A DNA stretch of 64,000 nt from Cenarchaeum sp. (GCA_963692915.1 OY843584.1:1152001-1216000); one strand, 5' to 3'; shown: positions 39,938-49,072, numbered from the stretch's first letter. Numbers and translations: made by a program. Notes: a model not told the origin generated them from the letters alone.

Positions 39938-40240
39938 TTATAGCACCCCAAACGGCTTTACGTGATCAAGCCTAGTTATCAGCGTCTTTGACTTGTTTCC
40001 TAGCTTTACGTCGAGTGAGAGCGTGCGTCTGCCCACGTTGCGGACGAGGCCGACCTTGCCGTGGTAGCGGCGGTGCGGCAGGCCCTTGTGCTGCGAAGGG
40101 TCGATGATAACGAGTGCCCTCTGACCTACGGCGTACTCGCGCAGGAGGAACGAGACGCCCCTGATGGCCCTCTTGGTCATGATCGAGCGCGACTTGTGTC
40201 GGAATCCGTGCGAGCGACCCGACGGCTTTTTGGTGGTCAT
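39938..40240 (-). CDS. rpl21e: 50S ribosomal protein L21e
   Basis: SHGFRHKSR and IDPSQHKGLPHRRYHGKVG motifs. Confidence 0.96.
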   Translation of the reverse strand: MTTKKPSGRSHGFRHKSRSIMTKRAIRGVSFLLREYAVGQRALVIIDPSQHKGLPHRRYHGKVGLVRNVGRRTLSLDVKLGNKSKTLITRLDHVKPFGVL

Positions 40241-40281
40241 TACAGGACGCTCGCGCGGCTGCCTATTTTTAACACTTTTGG

Positions 40282-41481
40282 CTATTTGGCGGTCTCTTGC
40301 TGGCTCGAATCGCCTAATTCTGCCTCCGGCGCCGACACGTCAACTGAGGCCTCGGTCGTCGCCGCATCGTCGGCTCCTGGCTCGGGCACGTCAGTCGGAC
40401 CCTCGACCCTGGGCTCGTCGGTGGCCTCAGGCGCAGGAGCGGCCTTTTTTGTTCTCTTGACGACCGGCTTGGCTGCAGGCTTTGCGGCAACTGCCTTTTT
40501 GGTCTTTTTGGCTCCTGCCTCCTCGGGGTCGATCACTCCGGCCGCTCCGAGCGCAAAGAGAACCTCCTCCTCGGGGTGGTGTGGGCTGTCGACCATGCGC
40601 GCAATTCTCTTCTTGCCGGATTTCTTAAAGTAGACTCGGTATGTGCTGGTGTGAGCCACGACGTTGCCGCCGACGGGGCGTGTTGGATCGCCAAAAAAGA
40701 CATCTGGTGATGCCATGACCTGGTTTGTCGCTATCGCAGCACAGTTGTACGTCTCGGCGATGCGTGAGAGCAGGTGGACAAAGTGGTTGAGCTTTTGTTG
40801 CCTGGCTGCCAGAGTACCCCGTCCTAGGTACTCTGACCTAAAGAGACCCACAGCCGAGTCTGCCACTATGAGCTTTATGTTGTTGTCTTTTATCAGGTTG
40901 CTCGCCTCTTCTAGTATGAGCGTCTGGTGTGCGCTATTGTAGGCGCGCGCAACTATGATGTTCTCGAGAACCTTTTCGGGATCCATTCCGTGCGCATTGG
41001 CGATCGTGACTATGCGCTCCGGACGGAAGGTGTGCTCAGAGTCGATGTAGAGCACGGTGCCCTGCAAGCCGCCCTCCTCAGGAGACTTTTGAACCATAAC
41101 GCACATTGTGTGGCAGAACTGTGTCTTGCCACAGCCAAACTCGCCATACACCTCGGTGAGCGCCTGCGTCTCGATGCCGCCCTCAAAGAGCGTGTCAAGG
41201 CAGTTCGTGCCAGTGGTGATCTTGCCAATCTCTTGCCTCCTCTTGTAGATTTCCGAGGCGTTCTCAAAGCTCTGTGCTATGAGGCCAGCGTCGGCAAGCT
41301 GCACGCGTGCCTTGTTGACTATCTTTTCGGCCGTGTCGCGATCCATGCCGGTGATCTCGGTGATCTCGACCGGACCCCTGACCACGAGGTCCATCATGTT
41401 GTGAACCCCGGCGTCGGTGAGTTTCTTCGTGGTGACCGGCCCGACCCCCGTGAGGTTCTCGAGCTTGTACTCGGCTTCCAT
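40282..41481 (-). CDS. radA: DNA recombinase RadA
   Basis: N-terminal HhH, GEFGCGKTQ, FRPERI, YLGRGTLAARQQ and GGNVVAH; low-complexity tail. Confidence 0.97.
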   Translation of the reverse strand: MEAEYKLENLTGVGPVTTKKLTDAGVHNMMDLVVRGPVEITEITGMDRDTAEKIVNKARVQLADAGLIAQSFENASEIYKRRQEIGKITTGTNCLDTLFEGGIETQALTEVYGEFGCGKTQFCHTMCVMVQKSPEEGGLQGTVLYIDSEHTFRPERIVTIANAHGMDPEKVLENIIVARAYNSAHQTLILEEASNLIKDNNIKLIVADSAVGLFRSEYLGRGTLAARQQKLNHFVHLLSRIAETYNCAAIATNQVMASPDVFFGDPTRPVGGNVVAHTSTYRVYFKKSGKKRIARMVDSPHHPEEEVLFALGAAGVIDPEEAGAKKTKKAVAAKPAAKPVVKRTKKAAPAPEATDEPRVEGPTDVPEPGADDAATTEASVDVSAPEAELGDSSQQETAK

Positions 41482-41667
41482 GGCAGAGGGGTCAGTACGG
41501 TACTATAAAGGGATTTACCTGAATGACGGATTTCGGCGCAGTTTCTCGTGAAGGCAAATTTCCTATTTTCTATATAGATAAATTACACCCATACTAGGCA
41601 GCAGAACGCGCACGCGCGGCGAGATCCCGTAAAGACTTTTTTAGAGCGCCCCGGCGAGACGCTTCAG

Positions 41668-42297
41668 ATGGCAGACGTCATTGCAAGGATCGACGAGCTC
41701 ATCGAGAGAAAGAGCCTGCTAAAGCACCCGTTCTACCAAAAGTGGTCCGAGGGCTCACTTGACATCGAGTCACTTGCCGGATACTCTAAAGAGTACTATC
41801 AGCTCGCGCGCGCGGTTCCGGACTTTGTTGGCTCGATAGTCAACAACGCGCCGTCTGGCACCGACACTGCAGAGATGGTCAGCGTCATGGACGAGGAGCG
41901 TGAGCACATACCGATGTGGGAGAGGTTTGCCGCATCGCTTGGTGCAGGGCACGAGTCACTCGGAGCTGGAAGACCAAAGACGGTCAAGGCAGTCAGCGCC
42001 CTAGGTGACCTCATGGGAACATTTGAGAGTGGCGCAAGCGCAATGTATGCGCTTGAAAAAGAGATACCAAAGATCAGCCACACAAAGCTTGACGGACTAG
42101 CAGAATTTTACGGCATAACGTCAACAGACGCAACAGAGTACCTAAGGGTTCACACAGAGGCGGACATACGCCACGCCGCAGTCTGGAGCCGCATAGTGTC
42201 AGGGTCGGCAAGCCCCGAGACGGTGGTCACCGTGGCCGACGCGTCACTCGATGCGCAAAACCTGCTCCTTGACAGTTGCTACGAGGCATACTGCTAG
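41668..42297 (+). CDS. TenA/PqqC/CADD heme-oxygenase-like diiron protein
   Basis: LLKHPFYQKW, EExxH, YALE and HTEADIRH metal-ligand pattern. Confidence 0.82.
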   Translation: MADVIARIDELIERKSLLKHPFYQKWSEGSLDIESLAGYSKEYYQLARAVPDFVGSIVNNAPSGTDTAEMVSVMDEEREHIPMWERFAASLGAGHESLGAGRPKTVKAVSALGDLMGTFESGASAMYALEKEIPKISHTKLDGLAEFYGITSTDATEYLRVHTEADIRHAAVWSRIVSGSASPETVVTVADASLDAQNLLLDSCYEAYC

Positions 42298-42807
42298 CCC
42301 GTTGTGGCGTTTCACTCAATCCGCCACAATTTCCAGTCTGCAAAACCATCACGCTGGCGCGGATCTTGTGACATTCCACCTAGTCGGCAATTTTTGGATT
42401 GCTTAATGTCGTGCGCCAAATGTGCGCAAGTCCTAGCGCAAGGCACCCGGGGCACCGCTGCAGGTTGTGCCCGCCCATGGTCTTGCGCGCAGCCGAACTG
42501 CTCCATACGCCCTCGAGTTCGTCCCGTGTGCCATGCCCTTCGTGCCTGTCGTGCTCCAACAGGGTCGTTGCCCTGGCGTCTTTGTATAATGGGCATGGCC
42601 GCCCATGGGGGTGCTGATGGGCCAGTGTGAGGCGTGTACGCCCATTGGCGCGCACGACCCCTAACGGCCGAGGCGCATGGCGTCACCAGCATACCTGCGC
42701 ATTTCCGCCATGACCCATACGATCCCATGAGCGGGGGACACGTGGCGAGCCATGGGCGTTTGCGCGCGTGTAACATTTTATAGCAGCGCAGCAGCGCGCC
42801 GGATCGT

Positions 42808-42881
42808 GGGCCCGTAACTCAGCTTGGTAGAGTAACCGGCTCATAACCGGTGAGCCACGGGATCGAAGCCCATCGGGCCCA
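42808..42881 (+). tRNA. tRNA with CAT anticodon, probably tRNA-Ile2 (agmatidine)
   Basis: GGGCCCG/CGGGCCC acceptor, loop CT-CAT-AA, discriminator A; TTTTATA promoter at about 42776; identity inferred from the acceptor stem. Confidence 0.9.
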
Positions 42882-42915
42882 CCTTCGTTAGTTTTAAAGC
42901 GAGCCGTGTGCGCGC

Positions 42916-42984
42916 GCAGCCGGCCGCGATGAGGAATCAGAGTTAACCTGAACTGACTGATGAAAAGGCATTTGACCGAGCTGC
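42916..42984 (+). ncRNA. Dual-guide box C/D sRNA
   Basis: C GCGATGA 42926, D' CTGA 42948, C' CTGATGA 42957, D CCGA 42976, terminal stem GCAGC/GCTGC, own TTTTAAA box at 42892; guides complementary to 23S H69/H71 consensus. Confidence 0.8.
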
Positions 42985-42990
42985 CAACGA

Positions 42991-43593
42991 CTATGTGCGC
43001 GTGCGTGCGCGTATCTCGCCCATGACACCATCATCAATCCTGCCGCTCGAGTGGAGCGCGTCGGCAAGCTCTAGTATTGTCGCAACGCTCCGGAGCTCGA
43101 CGCCCTCGCTTCGCAGTGCATCGCCGGCTCCCTCGAGGCGGTCAACTAGGACGATCGCGCCGCTGACGCCGGCGCCGGCCTCGCGAAGTGCGGCGACTGC
43201 GTGCAGGACAGAGCCTCCCGTCGTGGCCACATCATCAACAACCAGGACGCGATCTCCAGATGACACAATGCCCTCTACGGCACGCGAGGTTCCGTGGCCC
43301 TTTGCTGCCTTGCGGACATAGGCCAGCGGCTTTGCTGACTCGATGGCCAGGGCAGACGCAAAGACGAGGCCTCCGGTGGGTATGGAGGCAAGCGAGTCAA
43401 ATGAGCCAAGGCCTCCGAGGGCCTCGATCTCCCCGAGGAGCGCATCGACCATGCGCCTGAATGTCACAGGCGAACCGGGCACGGCACGCATGTCAACATA
43501 GTAGGGGCTCCTCTTGCCGCTAGAGAGCTCAAAGTCGCCGAACTTTAGCGCGCCGAGCCCGTGGAGCGACTCGGCGAACTCTCTAGGCCTCAC
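42991..43593 (-). CDS. pyrE: Orotate phosphoribosyltransferase
   Basis: FELSSGKRSPYYVD, RKAAKGHG and VVDDVATTGGS (PRPP) motifs. Confidence 0.95.
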   Translation of the reverse strand: MRPREFAESLHGLGALKFGDFELSSGKRSPYYVDMRAVPGSPVTFRRMVDALLGEIEALGGLGSFDSLASIPTGGLVFASALAIESAKPLAYVRKAAKGHGTSRAVEGIVSSGDRVLVVDDVATTGGSVLHAVAALREAGAGVSGAIVLVDRLEGAGDALRSEGVELRSVATILELADALHSSGRIDDGVMGEIRARTRT

Positions 43594-43647
43594 GCGTGGC
43601 CCGGAGCGCGACGGTTTTATTTTAGTTTGCGCGCGGTCCGGCCGCAG

Positions 43648-44727
43648 ATGCCCGAGATATGGCTCAACTACGGCTCCACGGACACGGTTCTTGACATAAG
43701 GGCCGAGAACCTCGGCGACTCTGTCGGCGCGGCCGGCACTGCCCTGCCGGCCGAGAGCCTCGGCGAGAGGCTAGAGGCCCTCGAGGCCAGAATGCCCCCG
43801 CGCATCGTCATGCTCAATGCGACGCGCGCGACTGCCTCTACCATCGGGGCGCTGCGCGAGCTGTGCGAGTCAAAGTCTACGCCGTTTCCGAGCATTCTCG
43901 CCGAGCGCGCACTAGCCGCGCAGGCCAGGGCCGTTCTGCCCGAGGGCATCGATGTCGCCGAGTTTGATCCTGCCGGCGGGATCGGCGGCGGGATTGCGTT
44001 TCTAGCCGAGGCCGAGCTCGACGGCCTCTTTGGATACGAGACTGTCGCAACAAGGCTCCTGCGACGGTTTGGCGGCGAGTCTATGCACAGGGCATACACA
44101 AGGCGCGCGGGCAACTCGCCGGTTCCCGGACAGGACACGCCATGCATGGAGGAGGCAAAGTCGTTTGCCGCAGGCCTCGACGCTACTGCCATAGAGGTCA
44201 TCGGCGGCGGTGGCGGCATTGGCGAGATTGCCATAGGCAATCCCGCCGAGACTGCAGGTGCAGCAGCGCCCCTCGGCAAGGTGCGCGCTTTGGAATCGTC
44301 GAACCGCGCGATGATCCTGAGCACGGGAAACGCGCACAGCGGCGCGACGCTCTCAAGGGCGCTCCACTCGCTGTGGAGCTGCGCACAGGCAGTGCCCGGC
44401 GGTGGCCTCGTCGTCCTCCTCGCCGAGTGCTCCGGTGGCCTAGGCTCCGAGACCCTGCGCAGGTTCGTCGAGGGACGCATGACCGTCGAGCGCACAAAGC
44501 GACCGCCCACATACATGGATGGCATGGAGGATCTCCTCTACCTAGCCGAAGCGCGCGAGCGCATGGCCGTCGCGCTAGTCTCGACTATTCCTGACCTCTA
44601 TACTAGGAGGCTCTGGATGTCGTCGATCGACTCGACAAAGCTCGCACTCGAGCACATACTAAAGAAGGGACCGCGCCAAAAGGTCGCAGTCATCGCAGAC
44701 GGCGCGCACACGCTCCTTAGCACCTAG
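43648..44727 (+). CDS. Divergent LarA (lactate racemase)-fold protein
   Basis: MPEIWLNYG N-terminus and GGLVVLLAECSGGLG motif resemble LarA; catalytic motifs not evident. Confidence 0.55.
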   Translation: MPEIWLNYGSTDTVLDIRAENLGDSVGAAGTALPAESLGERLEALEARMPPRIVMLNATRATASTIGALRELCESKSTPFPSILAERALAAQARAVLPEGIDVAEFDPAGGIGGGIAFLAEAELDGLFGYETVATRLLRRFGGESMHRAYTRRAGNSPVPGQDTPCMEEAKSFAAGLDATAIEVIGGGGGIGEIAIGNPAETAGAAAPLGKVRALESSNRAMILSTGNAHSGATLSRALHSLWSCAQAVPGGGLVVLLAECSGGLGSETLRRFVEGRMTVERTKRPPTYMDGMEDLLYLAEARERMAVALVSTIPDLYTRRLWMSSIDSTKLALEHILKKGPRQKVAVIADGAHTLLST

Positions 44728-44759
44728 GTCACGCGGGTCGCCGTCTGTCCAGGCTCCCC

Positions 44760-45863
44760 CTAAATGAGACCCGTGAGGGGCACCAGAATCGCGTCCGGGA
44801 GGGGCGCGCACAGGAACGCCATGACCGCCATTGCCGCAAATGCGGCCTTTCTTCCGGCAGGCAGGGGCGAGACGTCATCGAGCGGCTCGGCGCCGGGGCT
44901 CCTCATCGAGAGCACCACGATGAGTATGGCCATCGGATAGTAGCCGAGTGCGGCGAGAACTGCGATGCTGCCGTACGTCGCATATCGGTGCGCCTTGCGC
45001 CCGAGAAGAACCCTTGCCATGTGGCCGCCGTCGAGCTGCCATGCTGGCAGCATGTTGAGAAACGTGATGAAAAACCCAACCCACGCCGCAAATATGACCG
45101 GCGTGACTATGATCGTCATGCCGTCGCCACCGTTGCCAAACGCCTCAAGGGCAGCATACATCAGTAGTGGCTGGCCGAGCATCCATGGGTCGAGCTCCAT
45201 CAGTCTGGCTTCCTCGTTCGTTATCGCCGGCGCAGTCGCCGCGCCGGCGACCATGACGATGATTGCGACGGCGAGGCCGGCGATCGGGCCGGCGATCGCG
45301 ACATCAAAGAGTATCCTCCTGTTCACCGTCACGCCGCGTGACTGGATAAATGCGCCAAACGTCGGTATGCCGATGATCGGCAGGCCGGGTATAAAGTATG
45401 GCCATGTCGTCCGGAGGCGGTGGTGCCATGATGCGGCCAGGTGCCCAAGCTCGTGCGTTCCGAGTATGCCAAGGAGTGCCAGCGTGTACACTATGGCAAC
45501 CGTTATGGGATCGCCGATATGGGCAATCTCGTTTGTCGCCTGAGCCTTGTGAGCGCCATCAACCATGACAAAGGCGACGACGACGGCAAAGAGTGCGCGC
45601 GGAACCCACGGTGACGTGAAAAAGAAGCCCTGCGAGCGCTGTTCTACGCGCTGGGCCAGTATGTTCGTCTGTCCTGCGCCTGACTCGACCCTGCAGACGA
45701 CATCGGTCCCGTCTAGCATGCGCGTCAGGCTCACAAACTTCTCCTCAATGTCGCTCTCGGCGACGCTGATTCTCACAATCCCGTTCTCTTCGGAGACCGA
45801 GTCGACAGTCATCAGCGAGGAGACCATGTCTACCACATCCTGGGCACTCGGGCTCCTCACCAC
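44760..45863 (-). CDS. Site-2 protease, peptidase M50
   Basis: HELGH, GTFGA-like PTFGAFI, AGPIAG and NMLPAWQLDGGH motifs. Confidence 0.93.
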   Translation of the reverse strand: MVRSPSAQDVVDMVSSLMTVDSVSEENGIVRISVAESDIEEKFVSLTRMLDGTDVVCRVESGAGQTNILAQRVEQRSQGFFFTSPWVPRALFAVVVAFVMVDGAHKAQATNEIAHIGDPITVAIVYTLALLGILGTHELGHLAASWHHRLRTTWPYFIPGLPIIGIPTFGAFIQSRGVTVNRRILFDVAIAGPIAGLAVAIIVMVAGAATAPAITNEEARLMELDPWMLGQPLLMYAALEAFGNGGDGMTIIVTPVIFAAWVGFFITFLNMLPAWQLDGGHMARVLLGRKAHRYATYGSIAVLAALGYYPMAILIVVLSMRSPGAEPLDDVSPLPAGRKAAFAAMAVMAFLCAPLPDAILVPLTGLI

Positions 45864-46124
45864 AGTGAGCCCCGCGCGCGTGCGGCAATTAATGGCTTTT
45901 GGGCAGCTCACACGGCTACGCGCGGCCAGGGGCACGATATGGGGTTTCCCGCTGGGCACCAGCAGACCCCCATGGCCCGGGAGCCAGATCGCCGGAGGGC
46001 AGCAGGGCATTGCCACGGTGACGCCCGCCGTCAGGGCAGTCCGGCGGGCAGGTGGATGCGGATCCGCAGGACTGCCGAATTGCCTTCATACTTTAAATAA
46101 GGACATTCTGGGGGCGGTTTGAAA

Positions 46125-46427
46125 ATGAAGCGCGCAATGCCTGTTATCCTGACCCTAGTGGCGCTTTCGATCGCATCCTTTGCAGGAACCGCGCACGCAC
46201 AGGGCGCAGGCGAGGACTCTACTGGATTAAAGCTCTTTGGCGCAGGCCTAGCCTTTGGCCTGGCCGCCTTTGGGGCCGGAATCGGCCTCGGGCAGGTGGG
46301 CGCAGCGGGTCTGGCCGTCATTAGCGAAAACCCCGCTCTCCAGTCAAAGGTCTTCATATTCGTCGGCATGGTCGAGTCAATCGCGATATACGGCATCGTC
46401 ATGATGTTCATCATACTCGGCCAATAG
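46125..46427 (+). CDS. atpK: A-type ATP synthase proteolipid subunit c/K with signal peptide
   Basis: AHA-Q signal peptide, GAGIGLGQVGAAG hairpin, ion-binding Glu in GMVESIAIYG; TTTAAATA box upstream. Confidence 0.93.
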   Translation: MKRAMPVILTLVALSIASFAGTAHAQGAGEDSTGLKLFGAGLAFGLAAFGAGIGLGQVGAAGLAVISENPALQSKVFIFVGMVESIAIYGIVMMFIILGQ

Positions 46428-46544
46428 GCCAGTCCAACTTTTGCCCACCAGATCTTTGATTCTCGGCACGATTTTTCCCACAGGCGAGACCTAGCCTCCC
46501 GCGCCGATTTGTTCCAGATCGCCCATTATGACGTGCTGCGCGCC

Positions 46545-47009
46545 CTAGCTCCGGTACTGGAGCCTCTCGTTGTCGAGAATGCGGTCACAGTAGCGGCACT
46601 TTAGGACGCGGCCGTCCCTGTCGATGACGTCCATGACTGACTCGATGGGCTCGCCGCTGTTGGTGACACAGTCGGGGTTTGTGCACATGAATATGCGCCC
46701 AATGGCATCAGGCAGCGAGGCTCGCCTCTTTTCGACTAGGCGATACGAGCGCACTATATTGACAGTCGCCCGGGGGGCGATGACTGCGAGCTTGCTCGTG
46801 TCATCGTCCTTGAGGAGGACGCCCTCGACCTTTATGATGTCCTTTTTGCCGTGCTTTGCGCTAGGCACGTTGAGCGCGACGGTGACCGTGTCGCCGTTCT
46901 TGCCGTCGATGCCCAGGGCAGAGGCGACGCGCAGTCCCCTGCCGGCATCGATATGGTCGATCACGGTGCCCTCGCGGATGCGCCTCACGGTCAGCTCTGA
47001 CTCGTCCAT
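46545..47009 (-). CDS. pyrI: Aspartate carbamoyltransferase regulatory chain
   Basis: GTVIDHI, KKDIIKVE, CTNPDC and CRYC Zn site. Confidence 0.96.
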   Translation of the reverse strand: MDESELTVRRIREGTVIDHIDAGRGLRVASALGIDGKNGDTVTVALNVPSAKHGKKDIIKVEGVLLKDDDTSKLAVIAPRATVNIVRSYRLVEKRRASLPDAIGRIFMCTNPDCVTNSGEPIESVMDVIDRDGRVLKCRYCDRILDNERLQYRS

Positions 47010-47048
47010 GGCAAGAGTTTGTATAAGTGCCCGTATATATGGTGCGCC

Positions 47049-47975
47049 ATGAGCCTGCATGGGAGAGACGTCATATCGGTTCGTGACCTGGGTCGCGAAG
47101 GTCTCGAGGACGTCTTTGCGGCAACGGATCGCATCATGGAGATGCCCGACGCGCAGCGCCGCCTCCTCTGCGCAGGCAAGTCGCTAGGATACCTTTTCTT
47201 TGAGCCGAGCACAAGGACGCGCCTGAGCTTTGAGGCCGCAATGGCATCTGTCGGCGGGACGTCACTTGGCATATCGGACTCGGCATCCTCGTCTGCGCAA
47301 AAAGGCGAGTCGCTCTCCGACATGGTTCGCATAATGTCGATATATTCGGACGCCCTGGTCTTGCGCCACTCACTTGACGGCTCGAGCAGGTTTGCCGCCG
47401 AGGTCTCTGAGCGCCCTGTCATCAACGGCGGCAGCGGAACCGAGGAGCACCCCACGCAGGCGATACAGGACCTCTACACCATGCGCCGCGAGCGCGGCAG
47501 GATTGACGGGCTCACCGTTGGCATCGTCGGTGATCTAAAGTACGGCCGGACAGTCTACTCGCTCCTCCACGCGCTTGGCAACTATGACGTAAAGGTTCAC
47601 CTAGTCTCCCCCGAGTCGCTGCGCATACGGTCAGACTCTGTATACGAGATACGCCAAAAGATGGATCTCGCCGAGTCGACTAGCCTCAATGACTGCATCG
47701 ACGCACTAGACGTCGTGTACGTCACGCGCGTGCAGCGTGAGCGCTTTCCGGACAGTGAAGAGTACCAAAAGGTTCGCGGTAGCTATGTCATCGGCACGGA
47801 CATGCTCCAAAAGATGAAGAGCGAGGCGATCATCATGCACCCCCTCCCGCGCCTCGACGAGATAGCCACAGAGGTCGACTCGTCGCCGGCGGCGCGCTAC
47901 TTTGAGCAGGCGCGCTATGGCATGCACACGCGCGCGGCCCTCCTCGCGCTGATTCTCGGCGACTGGAAGGCCTAG
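47049..47975 (+). CDS. pyrB: Aspartate carbamoyltransferase catalytic chain
   Basis: FFEPSTRTRLSFE, HPTQ, GDLKYGRTV and MHPLPR motifs. Confidence 0.98.
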   Translation: MSLHGRDVISVRDLGREGLEDVFAATDRIMEMPDAQRRLLCAGKSLGYLFFEPSTRTRLSFEAAMASVGGTSLGISDSASSSAQKGESLSDMVRIMSIYSDALVLRHSLDGSSRFAAEVSERPVINGGSGTEEHPTQAIQDLYTMRRERGRIDGLTVGIVGDLKYGRTVYSLLHALGNYDVKVHLVSPESLRIRSDSVYEIRQKMDLAESTSLNDCIDALDVVYVTRVQRERFPDSEEYQKVRGSYVIGTDMLQKMKSEAIIMHPLPRLDEIATEVDSSPAARYFEQARYGMHTRAALLALILGDWKA

Positions 47976-48281
47976 GCGAACAGACTCCCCGCATGACTGA
48001 GGCTACCGCATATGTCAAGATGCCGCACCGGCTTGTGCCCGAACGTGCAGGGTGCAGTCAGCCCGAGATGGCCCGGAGTGCGACACGGCTCTTGGGGTCG
48101 GCAAGGGCTTGCTCGCATGATGGCATCAGGGGCGCGTTCGCCTGTCTTCTGCCACGTTCGTACAGTCATGTAAGCGGGGACGTCTAGAGGCGCCGAGACA
48201 AGCGGGGTGGGCAAGATGCGACAGTTTAGGCTGGAGATCGTAGGCGCCAATCACGCCTGATGGATCCAAAAACAGTTAAAA

Positions 48282-48440
48282 ATGGAGCCTGACAACACCC
48301 CCACGTTGGATGACGACGAGAGGATGAAGAAGGCGAGGGAAAGGGTCGCCAAGATGGAGCTGGGCGGTCCAAAGTTTGCGTCACTGGAAGAATACATGCG
48401 CGGACAGGCACCTGACTATAAACCCGAAAAGCAGGAGTGA
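48282..48440 (+). CDS. 52-aa charged peptide (not in ORF track)
   Basis: MEPDNTPTLDDDERMKKARERVAKMELGGPKFASLEEYMRGQAPDYKPEKQE; stop overlaps the GTG of the next gene. Confidence 0.45.
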   Translation: MEPDNTPTLDDDERMKKARERVAKMELGGPKFASLEEYMRGQAPDYKPEKQE

Positions 48441-49072
48441 CAATGGCGCCAGAGTCAGACTCGAACGACAGATCTGATGAACTGCTCTCTGATGAACTAA
48501 AAGACACCATTGAGTCACACCGGTGGTCCTTAACGAACCTAATTTCAAAAGCAAAATCACACCTCTCCACAGGTGCGCTAGTGTTAAGCATAGTAATTAG
48601 TGGGATGTTGGGGTTTTCCGGATTTTTTGGCGGTGACTCAAACAGATTTCAAAGCTTGGAAGAGCTGCAAGTAGGGACAGGATATATTGTGGTACTCCTC
48701 GGGGTTGGATGCCTTGTAATAATTTCACTGTCCATACGTAATTCTGTGAACGCCCTAAGAGTAATCGACACTGCAAGTCCACTCACATACAAGAACTTTG
48801 CAAGGGATATGGACGGAACCGGAGATATTGATGAAGGTGTGGTAGAGGCATTAGCAACACTGCCCAAAAAAGATCTATACAAAAAGATTCACAAAGCGCA
48901 CATTAGAATACTAAAGAACCTAGAGATAGTCGGAGCAAGAATGGCCAAACATACAAGAAAGGGTCAACGATACCTCATGGTTGGCCTATGGCTTGGAGTC
49001 GCAGCGGCAATAGTCGTTTTGACTACGCCAGCCATGGCGCACATATGCACATATCTGCCAATGTGCACATAA
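48437..49072 (+). CDS. AT-rich 3-TM membrane protein, Pycsar-effector/DUF5706-like topology
   Basis: Helix-KA-TM1, TM2, soluble loop, basic helix-TM3; composition differs from flanks. Confidence 0.6.
   Translation: MTMAPESDSNDRSDELLSDELKDTIESHRWSLTNLISKAKSHLSTGALVLSIVISGMLGFSGFFGGDSNRFQSLEELQVGTGYIVVLLGVGCLVIISLSIRNSVNALRVIDTASPLTYKNFARDMDGTGDIDEGVVEALATLPKKDLYKKIHKAHIRILKNLEIVGARMAKHTRKGQRYLMVGLWLGVAAAIVVLTTPAMAHICTYLPMCT

Noticed and set aside
40282-41481. Intein in RadA or AtpA
   Set aside because: Both read as contiguous conserved sequence at the usual insertion sites; RadA's extra length is a low-complexity tail
36426-42881. tRNA genes as integration sites
   Set aside because: No duplicated tRNA 3' ends or integrase seen in the window
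45880-46080. GC-rich spacer as SRP or RNase P RNA
   Set aside because: Lacks the SRP helix-8 and RNase P GAGGAAAGTCC-type signatures on both strands
46125-46427. Na+-coupled ATPase suggested by ES..Y in subunit c
   Set aside because: The first-helix polar ligand position reads GIGLG rather than GIGQG; more consistent with H+ coupling
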